This document shows positions 28,332 to 37,905 of a stretch of 64,000 nucleotides of DNA, one piece after another; position 1 is the stretch's first letter, and each line of letters begins with the position of its first letter. The translations under genes and the position numbers were made by a program. The notes under the pieces are model-generated. The model searched no databases. It was not told the origin of the DNA and saw only the letters and a program-made list of their open reading frames with translations. The stretch comes from Candidatus Wirthbacteria bacterium. Its GTDB lineage: Bacteria; Patescibacteriota; CG2-30-54-11. Location: NCBI GenBank assembly GCA_903889905.1, contig CAISZI010000046.1:64853-128852 (forward strand). Reading direction: 5' to 3'.

Positions 28332-28424
28332 GAAAAGAACCAACACCTTAACACAGCCCCATTTATCTTCGTCCCTGTTCCGCAAGCTCAGTCATTTGTT
28401 TTCCTCTACATAAGGATTCCTCCC

Positions 28425-29144
28425 ATGGCTCTCATTGAGATAGCTGATCTCTACAAAAAATTCAAACAAGGCTCCACCACCATCAACGCCGTGGACCATA
28501 TCAATCTCACCGTTAACGAAGGCGAATTCTGGGTCATCATCGGCCCGTCCGGCAGTGGCAAAAGCACCCTACTCCAGCTCCTCGGCGCGCTCGATCGTCC
28601 CACCACCGGCAAGATTACCATCGATGGCCACGACATGACCAAACAAAGCGACGGTTCTCTCGCCAAGTTGAGACAAACCATGCTGGGTTTCGTCTTCCAG
28701 AATTTCAATCTGATTCCAACCCTCACCGCAGCACAAAACGTCGAAGCCGCCATTGCCAAACGCTCCAGTACCGACAAGCAGAAAGTCAAAGAACTGCTCA
28801 CCCAGGTCGGTCTCGAAAGCCGCGGTAATCATCTGCCCAGTCTGCTCTCCGGTGGCGAACAACAGCGAGTCGCTCTCGTCCGCGCCTTGGTCAACCACCC
28901 CCGCATTATCCTGGCTGATGAACCTACCGGCAATCTGGATAGCAAATCCGGTGAGGAAATCATGAACCTCCTGCACAAACTAAACGAAGGCGGCCAGACC
29001 GTCATCGTCATCACCCACTCCGACTACGTCAAGCAATACGCCACACATGTGGCTGAGATCAAAGATGGAAAGCTGACCGTGATCCATGGCCACCAGCCCA
29101 CCAAACGCCAAACCCGGGAAAAGGCACACCAACCCTCCTCCTAA
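28425..29144 (+). CDS. ABC transporter ATP-binding protein (MacB/LolD-type)
   Basis: Walker [11 protein letters not shown]-loop, signature [15 protein letters not shown], Walker [12 protein letters not shown]. Confidence 0.9.
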   Translation: MALIEIADLYKKFKQGSTTINAVDHINLTVNEGEFWVIIGPSGSGKSTLLQLLGALDRPTTGKITIDGHDMTKQSDGSLAKLRQTMLGFVFQNFNLIPTLTAAQNVEAAIAKRSSTDKQKVKELLTQVGLESRGNHLPSLLSGGEQQRVALVRALVNHPRIILADEPTGNLDSKSGEEIMNLLHKLNEGGQTVIVITHSDYVKQYATHVAEIKDGKLTVIHGHQPTKRQTREKAHQPSS

Positions 29145-29201
29145 CCCCCCAGCGCCCCAAAACCATCAAAAGCATGCCTCATCACCCCGTCGCGCAAAGA
29201 C

Positions 29202-29675
29202 TTAAACGGACGGGACAATATACCCCGAGGCATCCACGACAACTCCTTTGTCATCACCCAGATTGGTGTCGGTATCCTGTGCCGCGTGATCATCACCGCC
29301 CATGCGTTCTATGAAATACAGTTTCTCTCCCGTTTTGAGGGTAAAAACCTGCGTCTGGTAGCCAGGATTTTGGGCTGACAGCATGACCTGCGTCGCCCCA
29401 TCGGTCATGCTTTGGGTGGTCAAGGCAAAACCAGCCATGGCCGTCTTGGCCTGCGCCGATACAGTTCCCGGGAAAATCTGGTAAGAGAACTGGGCATCGC
29501 TGGAACTTTGGAACAGTTGTTTGGCGACTTCCGAGCCGGTGGTGGCGGCAGTGGAACTCTGAGCCGAGGGGGTATTGTTGCTCTGACTGGCACTGGTTTT
29601 GCCACTGACTGCCATATATCCCCCAATCAAGACCACAACCATTACGACTGCACCGACCAAGTACTTTGCTTTCAT
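29202..29675 (-). CDS. Hypothetical membrane-anchored or secreted protein (157 aa)
   Basis: N-terminal anchor MKAKYLVGAVVMVVVLIGGYMAV followed by a Ser/Thr-rich segment. Confidence 0.45.
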   Translation of the reverse strand: MKAKYLVGAVVMVVVLIGGYMAVSGKTSASQSNNTPSAQSSTAATTGSEVAKQLFQSSSDAQFSYQIFPGTVSAQAKTAMAGFALTTQSMTDGATQVMLSAQNPGYQTQVFTLKTGEKLYFIERMGGDDHAAQDTDTNLGDDKGVVVDASGYIVPSV

Positions 29676-30044
29676 TTTTTATCTCCAATTTGACAATAAA
29701 ACAGGGATATCGCTTTCGACGAACAGAACGCATACTAAAATTGTCTTAATAGTAACAGATTGATTTCCTTAAAATCAACTGATTAAGGCCATTTTTTTAC
29801 AACCAGATGCGCTCACAATGCCCAAAACCCGATATTGGGGATTAAAGCTGCTGACGCGAAAAAAACCAGCTCGTGGTAACCACTTTTACCTGCCTGGATC
29901 TGGCAGCGCTCCCTTGGTAATAAACCTGAACGGTCGATAATTTACAAAATTTGTCTTTCAAGGTCAACAGAAGGTTCGCCCTTTGTCTTATAGAAACATG
30001 CTTGGTATGTTTTATTCCCTTGGTTCGTGGCTGACTGGTGGCGC

Positions 30045-30242
30045 TTAACCCTTGATATCTTCCAAGCCGACAATCGAATAACCTGAGTTTGTTCTAGCCT
30101 GAATAGCCCAATCCCTTGCCTCCTCCATCGTAATCTCGCGGGCATCCGCAATGTGTTCTTTAGCAATCGCCTGTCCAAAATATATTTCAATCGGATCTGT
30201 GCTTGATCGCGGGAATATAAAATAACGCTTAATCATTGCCAC
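30045..30242 (-). CDS. Possible small protein (65 aa) just downstream of copA
   Basis: ORF only; no recognisable motif. Confidence 0.25.
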   Translation of the reverse strand: MAMIKRYFIFPRSSTDPIEIYFGQAIAKEHIADAREITMEEARDWAIQARTNSGYSIVGLEDIKG

Positions 30243-30291
30243 TTGATCGAATCTCCGAAACTATTTGTTTATCAAACCACGGGCTCGCATT

Positions 30292-32937
30292 TTACATCCC
30301 CGCACTTAAGCGCGCAAATTCCACAAACATGGCCGTAAACACCACCACCATCACCACCGGTGCAATAATCGAGAGCCAGTTGCGCTGCCGTGGACGAAAC
30401 GAACGAATCAACAAAGAATTACTGACCACCGAGATGGAACTGACGGCCATGGCGAGCCCGGCCAGTTCCGGCTTCAGCACAAGACCAAAACCAGCTAGTG
30501 CGCGCGCCGCGATCGGGATGCCAATGACGTTGTAAAACAGCGAAAAGAACATATTCTGTTTGATTTTGCCAAACGTTTCGTTCGATAGTTCCAGTGCCGT
30601 AACCACATCGCGCAAATCGTTTTTGATGATGACGATGCCGCCCGCTTCCATGGCCACATCCGTGCCGCTGCCCATGGCAATGCCCAGATCTGCCTGCGCC
30701 AGAGCGGGCGAATCATTGATCCCATCACCAACCATGGCCACGTGTTTACCCATTCCCTGCAGCCGTTTCACCTCGTTGGCTTTGTCCTGCGGCAAGACTT
30801 CCGCAATCACATTCGTAATCCCCAGCTGCTTGGCAATGGCCATAGCTGTGAGCTGGTTATCTCCGGTCAGCATAAAGACCTCGATCTTGCGCTGCTGCAA
30901 CATTTTAATAGCTTCCCGCGACGTGTCTTTGACCGTGTCCGCCACGGCAATCGCACCGAGGATTTCCTTGGAGGTAGCCAGCAACATGACAGTTTTGCCC
31001 TGGGTTTCGAAGTTTTGCAGTTTGGCATTCACTGCGGTGAGGAGAAGTCCCAACGTTTCAACAACCAGTCGCCGGTTCCCCAAAAAGTAAGTCATCTCGC
31101 CAATCTGGCCTTGCACGCCGTGCCCGGGAATCGCCTTAAACTGCTGAACTTCGCTAAGCTCAACCTTTTGGCCTTTGGCATGGTTCAAAATCGCTTCGGC
31201 TAGCGGATGCTCCGACGACAACTCCAGGCTCGCCGCCAAACGAACAACCTCTGTGACTGAAATTTGACCAAAAAATTCCACATCCGTCACTTCCGGCTTG
31301 CCGTTGGTCAATGTTCCAGTTTTGTCAAAAACAATCGTATCGATGCGAGTCGCTGCCTCCAAGGGCTCACCACCTTTGATCAGAATCCCCTGCTCGGCAC
31401 CTTTGCCGGTACCGACCATAATTGCGGTTGGCGTGGCCAGCCCCAAAGCACAGGGACAGGCAATCACAATCACAGCGGTGAAGGCCATCAAGGCAAAGGA
31501 TAGTGTCGCACCAAGGACAAAAAACCAAACCAGAAAAGTCAGCAGTGCTATACCAATCACGCCCGGCACGAACACCGCCGCGATCCGATCAGCAAAACCC
31601 TGAATCGGTGCCTTGCTCCCCTGCGCATCTTCGATCAGTCGGATGATCTGTGACAGCGTTGTTTCGCTACCCACGCGTTCAGCAGCAAATTCAAAACTCC
31701 CGTGTTTGTTGAGCGTTGCGCCGATCACTTTGTCACCCACATTTTTTTCCACCGGCAGGCTTTCACCCGTCAGCATCGACTCGTCAACGGACGAATTGCC
31801 TTTCACGATGCGGCCATCCACCGGGATTTTTTCACCTGGTCGCACCAGCACAATGTCGCCTGCAACAACCTGCTCAATCGGGATGTCCACCATTTCACTG
31901 CCACGCACCACGCGCGCTGTCTTGGCTTGCAAACCCATGAGCTTGGTAATGGCTGACGAGGTCTGCCCTTTGGCGCGCATTTCGAGCCATTTACCCAGCA
32001 GCACAAAAGTAATCAAAAACGCGGCGGTTTCAAAATACAATTCCGGCACCATCTCGCCATTCAAGCCAAGTAGCGAGTGCTGCGTCAAAGCAAAATTGAT
32101 AAAATTAACCAGGCTGTACCCAAACGCCGTACTGGTGCCAATCGCAATCAGGCTGTCCATATTGAAAGTCCGCATCCGCAAAGCTGCCCAGAACCCTTTG
32201 TAAAACCCCACCCCGATCACAAACTGCACCGGTGTTGCCAGGATCAAGGAAGCTAAGCCAAAATAGGGCATCAAACTGGCACCCGGCAAAAATTTCAACC
32301 AGTTGAGCAGCATAAAATACAGCATCGGCAAACTCAAAACAGCCGCAACCCAGAAACGGTTCCAATAGGATTTGATTTCCTTGGCTCGCTTTTTGCGATC
32401 ATGGTCAGTATCACGACTATCGACAAGCGCAGCACCATAACCGGCCATTTTGACAGCGTTTTGCAGGACATCTGTTGCAACTCCGGCGCTGACAGTAACC
32501 AGTGCTTTTTCGGCGGCAAAGTTAACATTCGCCATTTGTACTCCCGGCACTTTGCGCAGTGATTTTTCGATCAGCAGCGCGCACGAGGCGCAGTGCATGC
32601 CCGAAAGGGAAAGAGAAACACGCTCGCTGCCAGTACTTGTCGCAGCCGGAGCCACAGACGGCTTTGCTGCAGACACAACAGACGTAGTCGCATGCGGTTG
32701 TTCTGAGGTTATCTCCTTTTCGCTGACGACAACAGCCTCATAACCATCCGCTTTGATGGTCTCTAAAACGCGCGCCAGGTCAACGGTGTCATCTGCAGTT
32801 ACTGTTCCACTACCGGTTTTGAAATCAGCCAAAACCGAATGAACTCCAGTCATTTCCCCAACGTCTTCCTTGATCAGCATTTCACACGATGCACAATGCA
32901 TACCGGTGATTTTGAGATTTACGATCTTCATGCTCAT
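30292..32937 (-). CDS. copA: Copper-translocating P1B-type ATPase with two N-terminal HMA domains
   Basis: GMHCASC x2, CPC transmembrane motif, DKTGTLT phosphorylation site, [10 protein letters not shown]. Preferred start MSMKIV at 32937; an in-frame upstream ATG exists at 33048. Confidence 0.9.
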   Translation of the reverse strand: MSMKIVNLKITGMHCASCEMLIKEDVGEMTGVHSVLADFKTGSGTVTADDTVDLARVLETIKADGYEAVVVSEKEITSEQPHATTSVVSAAKPSVAPAATSTGSERVSLSLSGMHCASCALLIEKSLRKVPGVQMANVNFAAEKALVTVSAGVATDVLQNAVKMAGYGAALVDSRDTDHDRKKRAKEIKSYWNRFWVAAVLSLPMLYFMLLNWLKFLPGASLMPYFGLASLILATPVQFVIGVGFYKGFWAALRMRTFNMDSLIAIGTSTAFGYSLVNFINFALTQHSLLGLNGEMVPELYFETAAFLITFVLLGKWLEMRAKGQTSSAITKLMGLQAKTARVVRGSEMVDIPIEQVVAGDIVLVRPGEKIPVDGRIVKGNSSVDESMLTGESLPVEKNVGDKVIGATLNKHGSFEFAAERVGSETTLSQIIRLIEDAQGSKAPIQGFADRIAAVFVPGVIGIALLTFLVWFFVLGATLSFALMAFTAVIVIACPCALGLATPTAIMVGTGKGAEQGILIKGGEPLEAATRIDTIVFDKTGTLTNGKPEVTDVEFFGQISVTEVVRLAASLELSSEHPLAEAILNHAKGQKVELSEVQQFKAIPGHGVQGQIGEMTYFLGNRRLVVETLGLLLTAVNAKLQNFETQGKTVMLLATSKEILGAIAVADTVKDTSREAIKMLQQRKIEVFMLTGDNQLTAMAIAKQLGITNVIAEVLPQDKANEVKRLQGMGKHVAMVGDGINDSPALAQADLGIAMGSGTDVAMEAGGIVIIKNDLRDVVTALELSNETFGKIKQNMFFSLFYNVIGIPIAARALAGFGLVLKPELAGLAMAVSSISVVSNSLLIRSFRPRQRNWLSIIAPVVMVVVFTAMFVEFARLSAGM

Positions 32938-32953
32938 TTTCCGGTTGAAAAGA

Positions 32954-33156
32954 TTAAACTTCGGCGACACTGTAATGAGTGTCCACCAGGGCCTGCGATA
33001 TCTCGTCTTTGCCAATGGCGCGAGCCGCCTCAATTTGGGTCGTGCCATCCAGGTTCACTTCCACTTTGGTCACACCTTCAATTTTGCCAATCCGCTTGCT
33101 GGCCATTTTGACACAACCTTCGCAGGTGATGCCATTTAACTTGATTGTTGTGCTCA
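32954..33156 (-). CDS. copZ: Copper chaperone (HMA domain)
   Basis: [18 protein letters not shown]...; RBS AAGGAAAG; 66 aa. Confidence 0.75.
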
Positions 33157-33185
33157 TACGTCTTTCCTTGTTGATGATAATAAAA

Positions 33186-34556
33186 CTAGGATCCTGCGGC
33201 GCTCTCCACCACGACAAACTTGCCCGGGTACATACCCATCGTGCAGTTAAACCGGATTTCTCCCACCTGCTGCGGCGTAAATTCGATCACATTGTCGCCC
33301 TGGGTTAAATTCTGACGAACGCCAAGCGTGGCAGCGATGATACCACTCGAACAGGAATAGGGATCAGTGCCGGTCACGATCCACCGTACCGGAATGCCTT
33401 TTTGGACAGTGAATTTGTTGGGCGTATACCCTGACGCCGATTGCCGCATGTGCACGACCTGAACTCCGTTTTCCAGCTTGACGTTGGCGTCACCGGGAGC
33501 TGCTGCGGTGGAACTGCCGGCGTCAAAAATCGAACTCCAGCCCGTCAGATTAAACCCATTGTTGAGGTTGAACAGAGCCAGTGCCACCACCAGCACACCC
33601 GCGAACTTATAAAATCGTTTGGCCCAGATGCCTTTGAATGCCGTAGACAAACCGCCCACGCTCAGCAGACCAGGAGCCGTCCCCAACGCAAACGTTGCCA
33701 TAATCAAGCCACCGGACAAAAAGTTGCCGGTCGTCATGGCATAAAGCTGCATCGATTGCGTAAATCCGCACGGCAGAAAAAACGTGAGAGCACCAAGAAT
33801 CATGGCATTGCGGTTGCTGTACTCGCGGTCTTTTTTCTCCTGCACACCCAACTTGCGACCCAACCACGACGGCAGCGCAAATGACCAGTTGGTGAGTCGA
33901 GGGAACAGATTGGTGAGCTGCAAACCCAGCGTGAGCATCACGACCGCCGCCCCGATCGTGAGCACCCCGAGCATCATGCCCGTGAGTTGGAACGCCTTGC
34001 CCAGCATGCCAATGATGCCGCCCAGCATAAAATACGAGGCAATACGTCCGATGTTAAATAAAAGATGTGGTGTGAACTTCTTCTGCCAGGTCGCGTCCAT
34101 ATTCGCTTCCGCAAAACGCGTCGATAGTCCCAGAATCAATCCGCCCACCAGTGCCATGCAGGTCGAGATTCCGGCCGTAAGCCCAACCAGAAACACTACC
34201 GCCAGACTGGATGGATTACCGCCACTGCCAATGCTTAAATTCATCAATCCCAGGGCCCGTGCCAAAACAACAACAAGGGCCACAAGTGCGGCGGCAAGCC
34301 CAAGTTCGACAAGCTCGGTGGAATCACGATTGATCAGAGCCTGTGGATCATCACGACCCACACTGTAGCCAGCTTCCTGCACCGCCTGTTTGAGCTGTTT
34401 CATGGCAAGCGGTTTGGCAGATACGATCTCGACCAAATTTTTCTTGTTACTGGCTTTGACTTTTTTGACACCCGGCAATTCCTGCAGCTTTTCTTCGACC
34501 AACATTTCGCAGGCTTTGCAGTGCATACCTTTGATCGGGACGATTATTTTTTCCAT
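33186..34556 (-). CDS. Three-part fusion: N-terminal HMA metal-binding domain, CcdA/DsbD-like polytopic membrane domain, and C-terminal cupredoxin-like extracytoplasmic domain
   Basis: GMHCKACEM at the N-terminus; about 8 TM helices with conserved Cys (LPCGFTQS); C-terminal beta-rich about 100 aa (...NCTMGMYPGKFVVVE) resembling a cupredoxin fold. Confidence 0.6.
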   Translation of the reverse strand: MEKIIVPIKGMHCKACEMLVEEKLQELPGVKKVKASNKKNLVEIVSAKPLAMKQLKQAVQEAGYSVGRDDPQALINRDSTELVELGLAAALVALVVVLARALGLMNLSIGSGGNPSSLAVVFLVGLTAGISTCMALVGGLILGLSTRFAEANMDATWQKKFTPHLLFNIGRIASYFMLGGIIGMLGKAFQLTGMMLGVLTIGAAVVMLTLGLQLTNLFPRLTNWSFALPSWLGRKLGVQEKKDREYSNRNAMILGALTFFLPCGFTQSMQLYAMTTGNFLSGGLIMATFALGTAPGLLSVGGLSTAFKGIWAKRFYKFAGVLVVALALFNLNNGFNLTGWSSIFDAGSSTAAAPGDANVKLENGVQVVHMRQSASGYTPNKFTVQKGIPVRWIVTGTDPYSCSSGIIAATLGVRQNLTQGDNVIEFTPQQVGEIRFNCTMGMYPGKFVVVESAAGS

Positions 34557-34570
34557 GCGAGTCCTTTTGT

Positions 34571-34846
34571 TTAGGTTTTGCTCACGAGCTTGGAAACAGT
34601 CAGGATTTCCTGCACCATTTTCTGTTTGCGTTCTTCGTTGGTCGTTTTCATGGCATTACTGAAACAGCTATTCAGGTGGCCTTCCATCATCATCTGGTGT
34701 GCGGACTTCAAAAGACCTATGACTGCCAGGTTCTGTTGCATGATGTCGATGCAGTACTCGCCGTCCTCGGTCATTTTGACGATGCGGTCGAGGTGGGAGC
34801 GAGCTTTTTTTAGGTTGACGAGTGTGGCTTGGTTTTTGGCATCCAT
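34571..34846 (-). CDS. csoR: CsoR/RcnR-family metal-sensing repressor
   Basis: 91 aa helical protein with ...GEYCIDIMQQ...H...C... ligand spacing; first gene of the copper operon. Confidence 0.7.
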   Translation of the reverse strand: MDAKNQATLVNLKKARSHLDRIVKMTEDGEYCIDIMQQNLAVIGLLKSAHQMMMEGHLNSCFSNAMKTTNEERKQKMVQEILTVSKLVSKT

Positions 34847-34866
34847 CCTTTTCTCCCATTAGATTA

Positions 34867-34889
34867 TACACCCACCTGGGGTGGAGGTA
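34867..34889. promoter_or_regulatory. Candidate CsoR operator (GC-rich pseudo-palindrome TACACCCACC-TGG-GGTGGAGGTA)
   Basis: The halves are 8/10 reverse-complementary; located 21-43 bp upstream of the csoR start. Confidence 0.45.
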
Positions 34890-35116
34890 ATACGAAACAA
34901 GAATAGCACCAAAACGCCAACATAGCTGTATAAAACTTGACATTATAGCTTTAAGTAAATTTTATCCCCGTGCCGTTAAAGTAGTGTTGTCATCGGGAGT
35001 GGTCGAACGATGGCACCATCAATCAACTCTCGCGCTAAAAGATGGATTTTAACCACTTAATCAGCAGGCAGTACTCGTCAGTTCATTCCTTTAACTATTA
35101 TTCTAAGGTGAAATCA

Positions 35117-35719
35117 ATGAAAAAATCGCTCAAAACCTATCTAACCGCCGGCGCCATTGTCGCCGTTGTCGGACTCGTCGGGACAGCGGGTGCGCTCACC
35201 GTCGCCCATGCGGCCACGACGACCAATTCCACTGTCTCCAATTTCATCTCCCAGGTAGCCACCAAAATCGGCATCAGCAGCGACAAGCTGCAGGCCGCGG
35301 TGGATTCGACCCGGACTGACATTCAGACGCAAACCCTGAGCACGGCTGTCACTAGTGGCAAAATGACTCAGGCCCAGGCCGACGTCTTGCAAAAAATTGA
35401 AACCTATCGCCAGACCGAACAGTCGACTGAAACTGCCGCTGCGCGTCAGACCGAAATGACTGCCCGCAAAACCGCCATGGATGCTTTGCCGAGCACGGCC
35501 ACACCAACGGAACGCCAGGCAGCCATGCAAAAAATCGAGGATCAAAACAACCAGACCATGGCAACAGCCCTGGGCATTGATATTTCAACCATTAACGATG
35601 CGCTCACAGCAGCCAAAACGGCTGGTATCGGCGGCCCAGGCATGGGTGGTCGCGGCATGGGCGGTGGGCGTGGTGGCATGCACGAAGGCGGCATGGGCAT
35701 GAGGGGTGGTGGATTCTAA
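35117..35719 (+). CDS. Secreted protein with a Q/T/A-rich helical region and a Met/Gly-rich C-terminus (GGPGMGGRGMGGGRGGMHEGGMGMRGGGF); possible Cu(I)/metal-binding periplasmic protein
   Basis: RBS AAGGTG then ATG at 35117; signal peptide MKKSLKTYLTAGAIVAVVGLVGTAGALTVAHA; Met-rich tail next to the copper operon. Confidence 0.5.
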   Translation: MKKSLKTYLTAGAIVAVVGLVGTAGALTVAHAATTTNSTVSNFISQVATKIGISSDKLQAAVDSTRTDIQTQTLSTAVTSGKMTQAQADVLQKIETYRQTEQSTETAAARQTEMTARKTAMDALPSTATPTERQAAMQKIEDQNNQTMATALGIDISTINDALTAAKTAGIGGPGMGGRGMGGGRGGMHEGGMGMRGGGF

Positions 35720-35819
35720 ACTCAAACGAAATTAACCAGCAAAGCCATCCTGGCCCGGAGTCAGAATGGCTTTGCTGCAAGCATTGGTCACTTGACCAAA
35801 TCCCGTTAAGGCCTATAAT

Positions 35820-36085
35820 CAAAGCACAATTAAATACAGCTCGTGCCACTTTTAGTAATTGTTGCCATGTTGAAACGTTAGCGATCGGGGAAAAACCAGG
35901 TGCAAGCCCCGACAACCCAGCCACAATGAAACGCAATTGGCATACAGCGAGCGACCAATGAGCCCGCCAGATTCTGGGTCAAAATTTTGATCCCATGATC
36001 ACCACGGGGAACCAGGGTGGTACCACGAAGTGAATAACTCCTTCGTCCCGACAATTTTGTCGTGATGGCGGAGTTTTTTGTTGTC
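35820..36085 (+). promoter_or_regulatory. T-box-like riboswitch leader upstream of argCBD (specifier region AAUGAAACGCAA; T-box AGGGUGGUACC; terminator)
   Basis: Promoter TTGACC (35792-97), 16 nt, TATAAT (35814-19). Stem I base GCUCGUGCCA/UGGCAUACAGCGAGC. T-box consensus at 36014-36024. Terminator ACUCCUUCGUCCCGAC-AAUUUU-GUCGUGAUGGCGGAG followed by UUUUUU (36038-36079). Confidence 0.55.
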
Positions 36086-36109
36086 TTAATTTTCATCAGG
36101 GAGGACGTC

Positions 36110-37117
36110 ATGCTTAACATCGGTATTTACGGCGCCTGCAGCTACACCGGATTGGAACTGGTGCGCTTGCTAAATCGTCATCCCCATGTACGTATCGTCT
36201 TCATGACTTCCGATACTTTTGCCGGGAAAAAACTCTGTGACGTAGCCCCCGTGCCATTCGACCATATGCTGCACCCGCATCACCACGTCCCGTCCGCACC
36301 GATCGACCTGGCTTTTCTGGCACTGCCTTCTGACAAAGCGGCATTACTGGCTGGACCAATGCTGTCAAAAGGTACAAGAGTTATTGACCTGTCAGCTGCC
36401 TTTCGCCTGCATGATCCGAATCTTTACGAGCGCACCTACCACAGGGTGCACCCAGCACCGCAGCTGTTGTCCTCCGCGGTCTATGGGTTACCGGAACTGC
36501 ATCGCAACCCAATCCAACAAGCCCAACTGGTCGCCAATCCCGGCTGCTATCCGACCAGCGTATTACTCGCCCTTGATCCACTGGCCAGAGCACATGCAAT
36601 CGCCGGGACGGTCATCATCGACGCCAAATCCGGCGTTTCCGGCACAGGTAAAACACCAGCAGCCAACAATCACTTTGTGGCTGTTAACGAAAACGTTCTG
36701 CCTTACGCTCTGGGCAACCAGCATCGCCATGTGCCAGAAATGGAACAGGAATTGCAGGCTATTGATCCGGGCTTTGCGCTGATCTTTTCACCTCACCTGG
36801 TACCCGTAAGTCGCGGTATTTTGTCCACACTGTATGTGCCTCTGCAGAACAGTTGGGACGAAGCCATGGTGCGGTTCCTGCTGGAGGATTTTTACCGGCA
36901 CGAGCCGTTTGTCCGCATGTTGCCCGCCGGTCAAACCGCGACCATGGCCCACAGCCAGGGCAGCAATGTCTGCGTGCTGTCGCTGCATTTTATTCCCTCA
37001 CCGCGGCAACTCGTGCTCTGTTCGTCAATCGACAATCTGATCAAAGGCGCGAGTGGCCAGGCAATCCAGAACATGAACCTGATGTTTGGCCTGGACGAAA
37101 CCACGGCCCTGCTTTAA
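36110..37117 (+). CDS. argC: N-acetyl-gamma-glutamyl-phosphate reductase
   Basis: MLNIGIYGACSYTGLELVRLL...; catalytic Cys in PGCYPTS; RBS GGGAGG. Confidence 0.9.
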   Translation: MLNIGIYGACSYTGLELVRLLNRHPHVRIVFMTSDTFAGKKLCDVAPVPFDHMLHPHHHVPSAPIDLAFLALPSDKAALLAGPMLSKGTRVIDLSAAFRLHDPNLYERTYHRVHPAPQLLSSAVYGLPELHRNPIQQAQLVANPGCYPTSVLLALDPLARAHAIAGTVIIDAKSGVSGTGKTPAANNHFVAVNENVLPYALGNQHRHVPEMEQELQAIDPGFALIFSPHLVPVSRGILSTLYVPLQNSWDEAMVRFLLEDFYRHEPFVRMLPAGQTATMAHSQGSNVCVLSLHFIPSPRQLVLCSSIDNLIKGASGQAIQNMNLMFGLDETTALL

Positions 37118-37131
37118 TCCAAGGAAAAACC

Positions 37132-37905
37132 ATGCTCATTATTAAAATCGGTGGCAATGACATTGATGACCCGCCGTTTCTCGTCCGTTTTACCCAAGCC
37201 GTAGTCAAGCTGCCCGACATTCCCGTCATCGTCCACGGCGGTGGCAAGGAAATCGCCGCACTGCAGACCCTACTTGGACTCAAGCCACAGTTCATCAACG
37301 GCCTGAGGGTAACCGATGAAGAGTCTCTCCAGGTTGCCCAGATGGTACTTTGCGGCCGCATCAACCAGCGCCTCGTGGCCGCATTCGAACATGCCGGTGG
37401 CGACGCCATGGGATTAAGTGGAGCAGATCGCGGACTGCTTGCGGCACGCAAACTAAAAATTAAAAATGGCGATCTCGGTTTTGTTGGCCTGATCACCCGC
37501 GTCAAAGCGACGGTGCTGCTGGAACTTACCCAACAAACTATCATCCCGGTCGTCGCGCCCATCGCCTGGTCTCGAACCCACGCCTTCAATATCAATGCCG
37601 ATAGCTGCGCCTGTGCCATTGCCAAGGCGTTAATGGCGGACGAACTGATGTTCGTGACCAACGTCCCAGGAGTTATGCGGGACAAGCTGACAATCCCATC
37701 CCTCACGCCAAAACAAGCTCAAACGCTGATCCACAAAAACATTATCACCGGTGGCATGCTTCCCAAAGTCCGCTCTGCGATCAAAGCGGTACAAAGCGGC
37801 GTACCCAAAGTCCGCATCACCAGTCTCGACGGACTTGGCCAAAACAAAGGCACGATATTCACACCAGACAAAACCCATGTGTCCACTGACAAGGAGTTGC
37901 GATGA
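37132..37905 (+). CDS. argB: Acetylglutamate kinase
   Basis: MLIIKIGGNDI...VIVHGGG..; amino-acid kinase fold. Confidence 0.9.
   Translation: MLIIKIGGNDIDDPPFLVRFTQAVVKLPDIPVIVHGGGKEIAALQTLLGLKPQFINGLRVTDEESLQVAQMVLCGRINQRLVAAFEHAGGDAMGLSGADRGLLAARKLKIKNGDLGFVGLITRVKATVLLELTQQTIIPVVAPIAWSRTHAFNINADSCACAIAKALMADELMFVTNVPGVMRDKLTIPSLTPKQAQTLIHKNIITGGMLPKVRSAIKAVQSGVPKVRITSLDGLGQNKGTIFTPDKTHVSTDKELR

Noticed and set aside
32938-33048. Longer CopA N-terminus starting at 33048 ([37 protein letters not shown]...)
   Set aside because: It would overlap the copZ 3' end by 95 nt and adds a basic non-HMA leader. The internal MSMKIV start at 32937 gives a canonical HMA N-terminus 16 nt after the copZ stop.
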